Shown here: positions 39,920 through 48,091 of the stretch, piece by piece
Layout of the letters: the number at the start of each line of letters is the position of its first letter
Position numbering within the stretch: position 1 is the first letter of the stretch
From: Candidatus Peribacteria bacterium
GTDB lineage: Bacteria > Patescibacteriota > Gracilibacteria > Peribacterales > Peribacteraceae
DNA: 64,000 nucleotides
NCBI GenBank assembly: GCA_041691135.1
Contig: JBEPVF010000004.1
Location: 64,001-128,000 of the forward strand
Reading direction: 5' to 3'
Program-made: the position numbers and the translations under genes
Notes under the pieces: model-generated
The model's database searches: none
Told to the model about the DNA's origin: nothing
Seen by the model: the letters and a program-made list of their open reading frames with translations, nothing else

Positions 39920-40357
39920 TTATGCTGGTAGGCTATTAGTTTTGGGCGCCTCGTTTATTACGAGAACGCCACCGCCTGTTTGCATCCAATCATTGATCAA
40001 TAACCCTTGTTGAATCAATTTGTGGTAGTTACTTCGGTTGTTGCCCATCTTTTCCAATAGCTTATTCCACTTAACTGGATCTTTTTCCTGCTCGCTATCC
40101 ACTAGCATTTTTCCGTATTCAAGATCTAACTCAGTAAGACGTTTATCTATTTGCTGCAACTTCCTTAAATACCTTTCCATCGCTTGCGGAACAAAGACGC
40201 CGTGACCTATCGCGGCACCGGATTCTACCGCCAGTGCATCACCAGCTTGCGCCCGTGTAGCAGCGGAGAGTATGCCGATGCAGATGACGATTCGCTGAAG
40301 AATCGTATTCAAATTGGGACGCTGCGCCGATGCTTCTGAGTTGTGCATTTTATCCAT
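39920..40357 (-). CDS. Hypothetical exported/membrane-anchored protein, visibly lower GC
   Basis: Hydrophobic segment followed by AQA; coiled coil; TTGACA-16-CACAAT then 6 nt to ATG 40357. Confidence 0.6.
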   Translation of the reverse strand: MDKMHNSEASAQRPNLNTILQRIVICIGILSAATRAQAGDALAVESGAAIGHGVFVPQAMERYLRKLQQIDKRLTELDLEYGKMLVDSEQEKDPVKWNKLLEKMGNNRSNYHKLIQQGLLINDWMQTGGGVLVINEAPKTNSLPA

Positions 40358-40441
40358 GCCCTGATTGTGCAACGACAATAATCATTGTCAAAACTATAGT
40401 AACGCCAGTGGTAGTTTTGCCCTACCAGCTAGGTTTTTTCT

Positions 40442-40888
40442 CTATTTGAACAACTTTCCCAATTCCTCCTTAAATTCCTCCACATCCTTGAATTCACGGT
40501 GTACCGATGCAAAGCGGATGTAGGCGACCTGGTCGATGGTCTTCAGTTCCCTCATCACATCTTCGCCGATCACGGCACTGCTCACCTCTTTTTTGCTGGC
40601 GCCCCACTTCTCTTCCAGCTTTGTCAGCAGCTGATCAATCTGTTCCTGGCTCACCGGTCGCTTGGTGCAGGCGATCCAGATGCCGCGCTCCAACTTGGTT
40701 CGCGAATACGGTTCGCGCGTTCCATCGCGTTTGACCACGATGAGCGAGGACATTTCCTGACGTTCAAAAGTAGTGAACCGATGCTGGCACTTGGTGCATT
40801 CGCGCCGGCGTCGCACGGTTCTTCCTTCTTCGGCAATACGCGAATCGATCACAGCCGTATCCGGTGATTTGCAGCGCGGACAGTGCAT
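40442..40888 (-). CDS. nrdR: Transcriptional repressor NrdR
   Basis: MHCPRC..VIDSR..RRRRECTKC..RFTTFE, ATP-cone VVKRDG, DQVAYIRFASV. Confidence 0.97.
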   Translation of the reverse strand: MHCPRCKSPDTAVIDSRIAEEGRTVRRRRECTKCQHRFTTFERQEMSSLIVVKRDGTREPYSRTKLERGIWIACTKRPVSQEQIDQLLTKLEEKWGASKKEVSSAVIGEDVMRELKTIDQVAYIRFASVHREFKDVEEFKEELGKLFK

Positions 40889-40945
40889 GGCTTCAGCCTA
40901 GCGTCAGCGAATGAGAAGGCAAGAAACTACTTTCTGTAGAGCACT

Positions 40946-40972
40946 AAAAAGGACCTCAATTGAGGTCCTTTT
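40946..40972 (-). terminator. Rho-independent terminator
   Basis: AAAAGGACCTC-AATT-GAGGTCCTTTT perfect palindrome, 20 nt downstream of the 58-aa ORF. Confidence 0.85.
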
Positions 40973-40992
40973 GTATAACAATGTCTGTTCAG

Positions 40993-41169
40993 TTACGCGG
41001 CCATGTCGAGGTCTGGCGTCTGAGCTACAACAGCGTCGATTTCTGCGTTGATCTGTGCCATCACGGCCGCGAAGTCGGCTTCCGTCACTTCAGCCGTATC
41101 GATTGACTGCATAGTGTCCGTACCTTCCACAGGCATATTCATTCCTTCGAAATCCATAGTGTTTGGCAT
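40993..41169 (-). CDS. 58-aa very acidic small protein (not in ORF track)
   Basis: MPNTMDFEGMNMPVEGTDTMQSIDTAEVTEADFAAVMAQINAEIDAVVAQTPDLDMAA. Own TTGACA (41225-30) upstream and terminator downstream. Confidence 0.75.
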   Translation of the reverse strand: MPNTMDFEGMNMPVEGTDTMQSIDTAEVTEADFAAVMAQINAEIDAVVAQTPDLDMAA

Positions 41170-41278
41170 AGTTTAGTTGGGAAAATAAACAAAACCGCGG
41201 TTATCATCTGCCAAAAATCCCTGATGTCAATGAATTGAGTTCTCTTTTTCAGTTGGCCTCTATCAGATTCAAAAAACC

Positions 41279-41887
41279 TTATTGCAGGTCAATCGATCCC
41301 TTGCGGAGTATATGCAGTTCTTTGCCTGTCAGATCGACAATAGTCGATGGAGATTCGTCAGTCAGTTGACCGCTGTCGATGATCAGATCCGGCTGCAGCG
41401 TTTCATCTTCGAATTGTTCGACGATGTCCTGTGCCGAATATGGATTCGGTTTGCCATGCACATTGGCCGAACTGGTGCTGAGCGGTAGACCGAATGCTTT
41501 TGTGAGTTGTAGGGCTACCAAATGGGGAGAAATGCGAACGCCGATTGTCTCGCCGCCACCAGGAGTCACATATAAAGGATGCGGTGCATCTGTACGCAGT
41601 CGCATGACCAGAGTCAGCGGACCTGGCAGGAATTTCTGCGCGAGTTCCTCAGCTTTGTCTGACCACTCCACATATCGCTTCGCCTCTTCAATCGAGGAAA
41701 AAAGAGCGCTCATCGCCTGATTCATCGGACGATGCTTGAGGGCGAATAATTTTTCTGCCGCTCCTTTATTGGTCAGGTCGCACGCAAAGCCGTAACACGT
41801 TTCGGTGGCATGCGCGATAACGCCGCCGGCCCGCAGCACTTCCATTGCTTGTGCGATTGCCTCAGCGGACGCTGGCAGGATCATCAT
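41279..41887 (-). CDS. tsaC: Threonylcarbamoyl-AMP synthase (Sua5/YrdC)
   Basis: TETCYG, LK.R, PGPLT, IGVR, STSSAN, PSTIVD. Confidence 0.93.
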   Translation of the reverse strand: MMILPASAEAIAQAMEVLRAGGVIAHATETCYGFACDLTNKGAAEKLFALKHRPMNQAMSALFSSIEEAKRYVEWSDKAEELAQKFLPGPLTLVMRLRTDAPHPLYVTPGGGETIGVRISPHLVALQLTKAFGLPLSTSSANVHGKPNPYSAQDIVEQFEDETLQPDLIIDSGQLTDESPSTIVDLTGKELHILRKGSIDLQ

Positions 41888-44800
41888 GCGGAGCGGAGTA
41901 CGGGGCGAGTAATCGATTGATGTTCGCGTCCAAGACAGGCGAAAACTTCACCACGAGCGGTACCGGGATCACCTGCTCACCGATCTGAAGCTGTACGTGC
42001 TCGTCTCCTGGATGCGCTTGAAACAGCTCCTTTAAGTCCAATAATAACTGCTTGGGTGCCCGCGGCGGCAAAACGATGGTATGGGCAGATGCGCTGCCTG
42101 CTTGTTGTGGCTTACTTGTCGCAGCTTGCTCTTTGCCTTCCGCTAAACCCAATGTACTCAATGCTTTCTCCAACTGCATTCCCTGCATAATCCAGCGACC
42201 GAGCGGACCGAGAAAATCATCGACAACTTCTTCTTTCTTGGAGACAGATACCACCTCGCCGGCGATCACGTTGCCTTCTTCATCGATCAGTTCGACCGTT
42301 TCTTCGGCGTCCTCGTCGCGCGGACGGAGCATGATGCCGTTCTTCGCCTCTTCTTCGTCGAAGAACCCTTCCTTCTTGGCGCGGTCGATCATCATCTGCA
42401 GCGACGCCTTCTTCATATTGTCGGCGCGCATCTGCAGCAGGCCCCCGCGCATATCGAGCACACCGCCGATGACCAGAACGGTATCGGGCTGGTTCAGCAG
42501 GTTGCCGAATTCTGCGAATGTCCGAGGAAACAGCGTCACTTCCATCTTACCGGTCGGGTCTTCCAACGTGAGGATGGCCATCGTTTCGCCTTTTTTGGTC
42601 ATGATTTTCTTGATGCCTTCTTCGATGCCGGCGAGGGTCACTTTCTTGCCCACTTCCTTACTCGTCAGCTTGCCGATCAGCTGCGCCTTTTTGCCGATAT
42701 ATTTGCGCATGCCGGCCAGCGGATGGCTGGAGACGTACAAGCCCAGCGTCTCTTTTTCCCACTTCAGCTTTTCAAGCGCCGTCGCTTTTTCTCCTTCAGG
42801 GAAGTCAATCGTTGCCTCTTCGCCGCCGGTGTCGAGCGCGCCGAACAAATCGGTCTGCACGCCGGCGTTGTCGCCGGTCGCTTTGGAGTAGTCCACAATC
42901 CGTTCGTAGTTGTTCAGAATCGTCATGCGTTCGCCCAAGCTATCCAGTGCGCCGGCCTTGGTAAGCGCCTCCAGCGTTTTTTTGTTGAGCAGCTTGCTGG
43001 GCATGCGCTTGGCAAAATCTTCCAGACTGGTGAACGCTCCGCTTGCTTCTCGCACGGCGATCATCTGCTGCACCGATGCATCACCGAGACCTTTGATGGC
43101 GGCGAGTCCAAAGCGAATCGAACCTTTGGATCCCACCTTTTTACTCGGGTGCGGAATGGCGGTGAAGTGCCGCAACGATTCGTTGATATCCGGCGGCAAT
43201 ACTGCGATGCCCATCGCGCGACATTCCTCGATTTCGATCATCACGCGGTCGGTGCGCTGTGCGTCGCTGCTCAGCAGTGCTGCCATGAATTCGGTCGGAT
43301 AACGTGCCTTCAAATACGCTGTCTGGTAGGCGATCAACGCGTAACCGGCCGAATGGGATTTGTTGAACCCGTAGCCGGAGAACGGTTCGATCAGCGCGAA
43401 TATTTCCTCAGCCGTCTTTTTCTTGTGCCCCAGATCCAGAGCGCCCTTGATGAATTTTTCCTTCTGTTCGTTGAGCAGCGCCGGGATTTTTTTTGCCACC
43501 GCTTTGATCAGCAAGTATCCCGCTCCCAAGCTGAATCCGGCAAATTCCTGCACCACGCGTTGTACTTGTTCCTGGTACACGATGATGCCGTACGTCTCCT
43601 CCAAAAAAGGCTGCAGTTCGGGCACGTCGTACTGGATCAGCTCCGGATTGTGTTTGCGCTTGATGTAGTCGGGGATGGCATCCATCGGACCCGGACGGTA
43701 GAGCGCGACCATCGCGGTGATGTCGCCGAATTTCGTCGGCTTCAATTGCTTGAGGTATCTGCGCATGCCAGCCGATTCCAATTGAAACACTCCGGTCGTG
43801 TCGGCGCGTTTGAGCAGCTCAAATGTCTCCTGATCATCCAGTGGGATATTTTGCAGGTCGATCTTGGTTCCATGCAGGCGCTCGATAATTTCCAGCGTCG
43901 TCTGAATCACTGTCAGGTTGGTCAGTCCCAGGAAGTCCATCTTGAGCAGCCCAAGCGACTCGAGTGGCTTGGCCGAATACTGCGTGATGATGATGTTCTC
44001 GTCCTTTGGCGCACGTTGTACGGCCGTGTACTCGGCGGCCGGTTGTTCGGTAATGATGACGCCGCATGCGTGTATAGAGACGTGGCGCGCTTTCCCTTCC
44101 AATTTAAAGGCGGTATCGATGATCCGTCGGTATGTTTCATTTCCATCGTAGGCGGCTTTGAGCTCGTCGGTTTCCATTGCTTCCTTCAACTTCATCCCCG
44201 GCCGCTCGGGAATCAGCTTGGCCAGCGAGTTCATTTCCAAAAATGGAATGCCGTAGGCGCGGCCCACGTCTTTTACAGCTGCGCGCGCGGCCAGCGTTCC
44301 GAACGTACAAATCTGCACCACGTGATCCAGACCGTATTTCTGGCGTACATACTCCAATACTTCATCGCGGCGCGTGTCGGCAAAGTCGACGTCCACGTCG
44401 GGCATGCTCACGCGTTCCGGATTCAAAAAACGTTCGAACAGCAGTCCATGCGGAATCGGGTCGATGGTTGTGATGCCCATCACGTAACTGGCCATCGAAC
44501 CGGCGGCCGATCCGCGGCCCGGTCCCACTGTAATGCCACGGCGTTTGGCTTCGTTGATAAAGTCAGCGACGATCAGAAAGTAGCCCGAAAATCCGGCCTG
44601 CTTGATGATCTTGAGTTCGTACTCCAGCCGCCCCTTGAGTGACTCCTGGGTTACCACGCCGCTGGTGTCTTCTTTTATGCTGTAGTCCGGCGGGTAGAAC
44701 TTCTTGAATCCTTCGTGGGCCAACGTATCCAGATACTCCTCTTCTGAGGGTTCGCCGTCGGGCAATGGAAAGTGCGGGATCTTGTGTTTGCCAAATTCGA

Positions 44801-45635
44801 ATGTCACGTTGCAGCGGTCGGCAATCACGCGTGTGTTTTCCAGTGCATCGGGCACATGGGCGAATGCATGTTCCATTTCTTCGAACGTGCGCATCGAGTA
44901 ATCGGAATCGCGCATCGAGAAGCGGCCGGGATCATCCACCTGTGCGTTCTTCTGAATGCACAACAGGACATCGTGCGCTTCGGCGTCTTCGGGCCGGCAG
45001 TAATGGCTGTAGCAGGTGGCGACCAGCGGCACGCCGAGTTCGCGGGCGTGTTTGACCAGTTGCTGATTCACTTCGGCCTGGCCGGGCACGTTCGGCAGAT
45101 CCATCAGTTCAAAATACAAATTTCCTTCGCCGAAGTAGCCGTGATACTCGGTCACCAGTTTTTTGATGCGGTCACTGTCTTCGGTCAGTGCTGCCTGCGA
45201 CAGGGCGCTGCTCAGCGGTCCGGATAAGGCGATCAGTCCCTTCCCGTATTTTTCGAGCAACTCTTTATCGACGCGCGGCTTGTAGTACATGCCTTCGAGC
45301 GCGCTCAGCGTCGCCAGTTGCAATAGGTTCTCGTACCCCTCTTGTGTAGTCGCCAGCAGCGTGAGCGGGTAGCGCTTCGTGTCGGTACCCGATTCCTTAT
45401 CCTTTCGCGTGCGCGCAGCGATGTACACATCCATTCCCAAAATCGGCTTGAGTCCTTCCTTCTGTGCAGACTGATAAAACTCAATCAGTCCGTACGTATA
45501 GCCCTTGTCTGCCAATCCCACCGCCGTTTGTCCCAGTTCTTTGGCACGGGCAACGATCTCACCGGGGCTCGGCAGAGCCTCCAGCAATGAGTAGGTTGAA
45601 TGACAGTGGAGGTGGACAAAATCCTCAGCTTTCAT
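41862..45635 (-). CDS. dnaE: DNA polymerase III alpha subunit
   Basis: PHP HLHCHSTYS, GPGRGSAAGS, FERFLNPERVSMPDVDVDF, GLLKMDFLGL, YGFNKSH, OB fold. Confidence 0.98.
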   Translation of the reverse strand: MKAEDFVHLHCHSTYSLLEALPSPGEIVARAKELGQTAVGLADKGYTYGLIEFYQSAQKEGLKPILGMDVYIAARTRKDKESGTDTKRYPLTLLATTQEGYENLLQLATLSALEGMYYKPRVDKELLEKYGKGLIALSGPLSSALSQAALTEDSDRIKKLVTEYHGYFGEGNLYFELMDLPNVPGQAEVNQQLVKHARELGVPLVATCYSHYCRPEDAEAHDVLLCIQKNAQVDDPGRFSMRDSDYSMRTFEEMEHAFAHVPDALENTRVIADRCNVTFEFGKHKIPHFPLPDGEPSEEEYLDTLAHEGFKKFYPPDYSIKEDTSGVVTQESLKGRLEYELKIIKQAGFSGYFLIVADFINEAKRRGITVGPGRGSAAGSMASYVMGITTIDPIPHGLLFERFLNPERVSMPDVDVDFADTRRDEVLEYVRQKYGLDHVVQICTFGTLAARAAVKDVGRAYGIPFLEMNSLAKLIPERPGMKLKEAMETDELKAAYDGNETYRRIIDTAFKLEGKARHVSIHACGVIITEQPAAEYTAVQRAPKDENIIITQYSAKPLESLGLLKMDFLGLTNLTVIQTTLEIIERLHGTKIDLQNIPLDDQETFELLKRADTTGVFQLESAGMRRYLKQLKPTKFGDITAMVALYRPGPMDAIPDYIKRKHNPELIQYDVPELQPFLEETYGIIVYQEQVQRVVQEFAGFSLGAGYLLIKAVAKKIPALLNEQKEKFIKGALDLGHKKKTAEEIFALIEPFSGYGFNKSHSAGYALIAYQTAYLKARYPTEFMAALLSSDAQRTDRVMIEIEECRAMGIAVLPPDINESLRHFTAIPHPSKKVGSKGSIRFGLAAIKGLGDASVQQMIAVREASGAFTSLEDFAKRMPSKLLNKKTLEALTKAGALDSLGERMTILNNYERIVDYSKATGDNAGVQTDLFGALDTGGEEATIDFPEGEKATALEKLKWEKETLGLYVSSHPLAGMRKYIGKKAQLIGKLTSKEVGKKVTLAGIEEGIKKIMTKKGETMAILTLEDPTGKMEVTLFPRTFAEFGNLLNQPDTVLVIGGVLDMRGGLLQMRADNMKKASLQMMIDRAKKEGFFDEEEAKNGIMLRPRDEDAEETVELIDEEGNVIAGEVVSVSKKEEVVDDFLGPLGRWIMQGMQLEKALSTLGLAEGKEQAATSKPQQAGSASAHTIVLPPRAPKQLLLDLKELFQAHPGDEHVQLQIGEQVIPVPLVVKFSPVLDANINRLLAPYSAPHDDPASVR

Positions 45636-45706
45636 GCCAAAAGGATAGCATTTTTCCAGTATTACAGCTGGATTTCCACCACTTCTTGGAACAGAAAATC
45701 ACCTAT

Positions 45707-45745
45707 AAAAAGAGACCCCAGTCCGACGGAGCGGATGGGGGTCTC
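45707..45745 (-). terminator. Rho-independent terminator
   Basis: Minus strand GAGACCCC...GGGGTCTC followed by TTTTT. Confidence 0.8.
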
Positions 45746-45754
45746 GGCGGCAGG

Positions 45755-45889
45755 TTACTTGCTGGCAGCGGCCCGTTCTTCCGTCGGCTTTCCGGGAGAA
45801 TCTCCCCGATTAAGCACCACGAGAGAAGCAACAACCGCCAATGCCAGCCAGAAAGTAATCTGTAGAGCAAGCTTCCATCTTTCTGTCAT
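45755..45889 (-). CDS. 44-aa single-TM small protein (not in ORF track)
   Basis: MTERWKLALQITFWLALAVVASLVVLNRGDSPGKPTEERAAASK; AAGGAAAGGA SD; terminator 9 nt after the stop. Confidence 0.7.
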   Translation of the reverse strand: MTERWKLALQITFWLALAVVASLVVLNRGDSPGKPTEERAAASK

Positions 45890-46014
45890 GGCGTTCCTTT
45901 CCTTACCGCGGTACGGATGAGGATTGCTCACCTGCCAAAACCTGATGTTATCAGGTCATATCATCTTAAATCGCGTTTGCTATCTTTCAACTACAAAGCC
46001 ATCAGTTTCCAAAA

Positions 46015-46179
46015 TTATTTTGATTCCTCGGTTTCTTCTTTTATATGCACACCAAATCCGGCCTTACGACCGGATGAGGGGAACTCAATAGTGTGCGAAT
46101 GGTTCGCGCATGTTTCGATCAAGGGGCGGTCCGTCGGATGTGAACGGTAGCGAATGGTGTCTGAAGTGAGGGAATACAT
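46015..46179 (-). CDS. 54-aa small protein (not in ORF track)
   Basis: AAGGAGG 6 nt before ATG; MYSLTSDTIRYRSHPTDRPLIETCANHSHTIEFPSSGRKAGFGVHIKEETEESK. Confidence 0.5.
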   Translation of the reverse strand: MYSLTSDTIRYRSHPTDRPLIETCANHSHTIEFPSSGRKAGFGVHIKEETEESK

Positions 46180-46369
46180 GGTCGTCCTCCTTCGTGCGGA
46201 AGGTTTGCACCTTCGGCATGCTTCTGGGAACTCCGAGAGCGCCGAATAACGACGGAAGCACCGTGGCTATTGACTATTACTCTCTTATTTCGCGCCCGAA
46301 CCGCCGGGCTGATCCTGTTCGCTCGTGCTCCATCCGTGATGCGAAACAACAATATGTGTGTATTGAGAC
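46180..46369 (-). other. Structured 5' leader / candidate cis-regulatory RNA
   Basis: Several stems, a possible pseudoknot, and a GCAA-loop hairpin competing with an SD-sequestering hairpin. Confidence 0.45.
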
Positions 46370-46375
46370 AACTAT

Positions 46376-46404
46376 ATTATACAACATAAATAGTTTATTT
46401 GCAA
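46376..46404 (-). promoter_or_regulatory. Strong sigma70-type promoter
   Basis: TTGCAA(46404-46399)-17 nt-TATAAT(46381-46376). Confidence 0.8.
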
Positions 46405-46424
46405 TTATCCTTAAAGGCGAGATA

Positions 46425-46548
46425 CGGTGACCGAGGTGGCAGAAGCGATCGAGGTGACAAAAATAGGCTGCAGAAGATTTTGATGAGAATTATTCATAGT
46501 ACTCATCCTCTGCCACCTCTGTTTCGTCGGTCACTTCGGTCGCCTCTC
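46425..46548. repeat. Inverted pair of degenerate 9-mer tandem arrays
   Basis: GGTGACC-GAGGTGGCA-GAAGCGATC-GAGGTGACA facing TCTGCCACCTC..TCGGTCACTTCGGTCGCCTC, at the 3' end of the Cys-rich operon. Confidence 0.65.
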
Positions 46549-46549
46549 G

Positions 46550-48091
46550 TCAGGGTTTAATCGCATCCAGTTCTGCCGCCTTCTTACACTCGTCCGCCTC
46601 CTTGCTCGTCAGATATTCCCCGTTGGTGTAGGGGAAGCACTTGTCCTGGAAGACGATCTTGAGGACGCGGTCGAGGCGTTCGTTGCACGGGCGTTCCAGA
46701 CAGGAGCGGCGCAGGAAGTAGGCGAAGTCGCGAACGAAGCCGCGCAGGCTGCCCATCTTCTTGTCGTCACCGTAGATCAGACCCGCCAGACGTTGCACTG
46801 AATCGCGCAGCGGCTGCAGCGTATCGCCGATGGCAAGATGCGGATCGGAGCCGACGGCGAAGGACAATGCCTCGGCCTGTGCCTGGTTACGGCTGAAGTT
46901 CTGGAACACCTGTTGATCGAATTCTTTGAGCGGAATGAAAATGGAACTCGTGTCCGGTGTAATGGCGGTCGTATCGGATGGCGGACGGTCGGTGGCCTGC
47001 TGCACACGCAATTGACCGAATGATTGCAGCACCTGCGATTGATCCACTTCCAGCGAGAACGGTCCGCGCAAACTGCGCTGGCCGTTGGCGAGGAGCGCGC
47101 GGCAAGTCACATCACCTTCGCTCTGGCAGCGTACCGACGTCAGACAACCGACAAATTGTTTATGGACACGCTTACCGGATGTATCCGGCAGAGGCGGCGG
47201 TGTTTTGCCATCGAGAATGGAATCGATCTGACGCTGGATATCGTCGTACGCTTTGGCCTGACTGTAGTACGATTCGGCTGCCATTTGCACGTTCTTGATG
47301 CCATCCAATTCTTTCTGAACGTCCTTGCGCACGGTGGCATCGCGGTCGTCGTTGTTCGGCAAGACAGTCAGCAGTTTTGTCATGGCTTCCATGTCGCAGC
47401 CGTAGCCCTGCAAATTGGGTGGCAGGTAATCGGTGTTGAACGGACAGCTCATCGGCTGATCGGGCGGCAGTGTGCAACCGTTCTGCGTGCACTCGTTCAC
47501 CGTGTACGAGAACGCGCCGCCGTCATCCGCACACTGCTGCGAGGTTGTCTCTTCGTTACAGGCATCGCCCGTCTTGACGCAACAAAAACCGGTGGTTGAT
47601 GGATGCGGATCAAAACTGCGCGGCTGTTGCCAGGTATCGTCGCTGTACGTCGGATCCGTCGCACCGTGCGCAAGATTATTCTCGCTCTCACTCAGAAAAC
47701 CCAGCACGCTCTGCAGATCGAAAATAGTCGTCACCTGGCGTTGGCGCTCGGCTTTCTGCAATTGGTCCTGCACGTCCTCCATCTTGCGTTCGATCAGATA
47801 CAAGTCGGCATGCAGGCACGCGTTGCGGTCGGGCAGGTCGCGTTCCTGGTCCACCACCTGCTGGCCCGTATCAACCAAGCTGAGGGACGTAGAAAGGACA
47901 ATATTGATCCACTGCAGACGCGCATTGGCGAAGTATGTCCCCAATGCGTCTTTCGGATCCCATGCATGCTTGATGCCTTCGTCGGCGCGTTGCAGCACTT
48001 GCTCAACGTAGGAAGGCGGCTGCTCAGCCGCAAACACCACGGTCGGGTGCAAGACGATCAGGCCGATGAGCAGTGACAGCAGGCGTTTCAT
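46550..48091 (-). CDS. Secreted Cys-rich hypothetical protein (operon gene 5)
   Basis: Signal peptide ending VFA; about 16 Cys; long helical segments; TAATG overlap with gene 4. Confidence 0.85.
   Translation of the reverse strand: MKRLLSLLIGLIVLHPTVVFAAEQPPSYVEQVLQRADEGIKHAWDPKDALGTYFANARLQWINIVLSTSLSLVDTGQQVVDQERDLPDRNACLHADLYLIERKMEDVQDQLQKAERQRQVTTIFDLQSVLGFLSESENNLAHGATDPTYSDDTWQQPRSFDPHPSTTGFCCVKTGDACNEETTSQQCADDGGAFSYTVNECTQNGCTLPPDQPMSCPFNTDYLPPNLQGYGCDMEAMTKLLTVLPNNDDRDATVRKDVQKELDGIKNVQMAAESYYSQAKAYDDIQRQIDSILDGKTPPPLPDTSGKRVHKQFVGCLTSVRCQSEGDVTCRALLANGQRSLRGPFSLEVDQSQVLQSFGQLRVQQATDRPPSDTTAITPDTSSIFIPLKEFDQQVFQNFSRNQAQAEALSFAVGSDPHLAIGDTLQPLRDSVQRLAGLIYGDDKKMGSLRGFVRDFAYFLRRSCLERPCNERLDRVLKIVFQDKCFPYTNGEYLTSKEADECKKAAELDAIKP

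Noticed and set aside
40920-40945. NrdR box upstream of nrdR
   Set aside because: AAACTACTTTCTGTAG is only a loose match and has no tandem partner box.
42723-44642. 639-aa + strand ORF (and similar long antisense ORFs over aspS, rnj, mfd, pyrB)
   Set aside because: Antisense shadows of GC-rich genes with no independent motifs.
41862-45635. Intein in dnaE
   Set aside because: Catalytic region is contiguous, with no C..HN-[CST] junctions or LAGLIDADG motifs.
46119-46352. 77-aa minus-strand ORF from the track
   Set aside because: TTG start, no SD, non-protein-like composition; the SD-led 54-aa frame is better supported.
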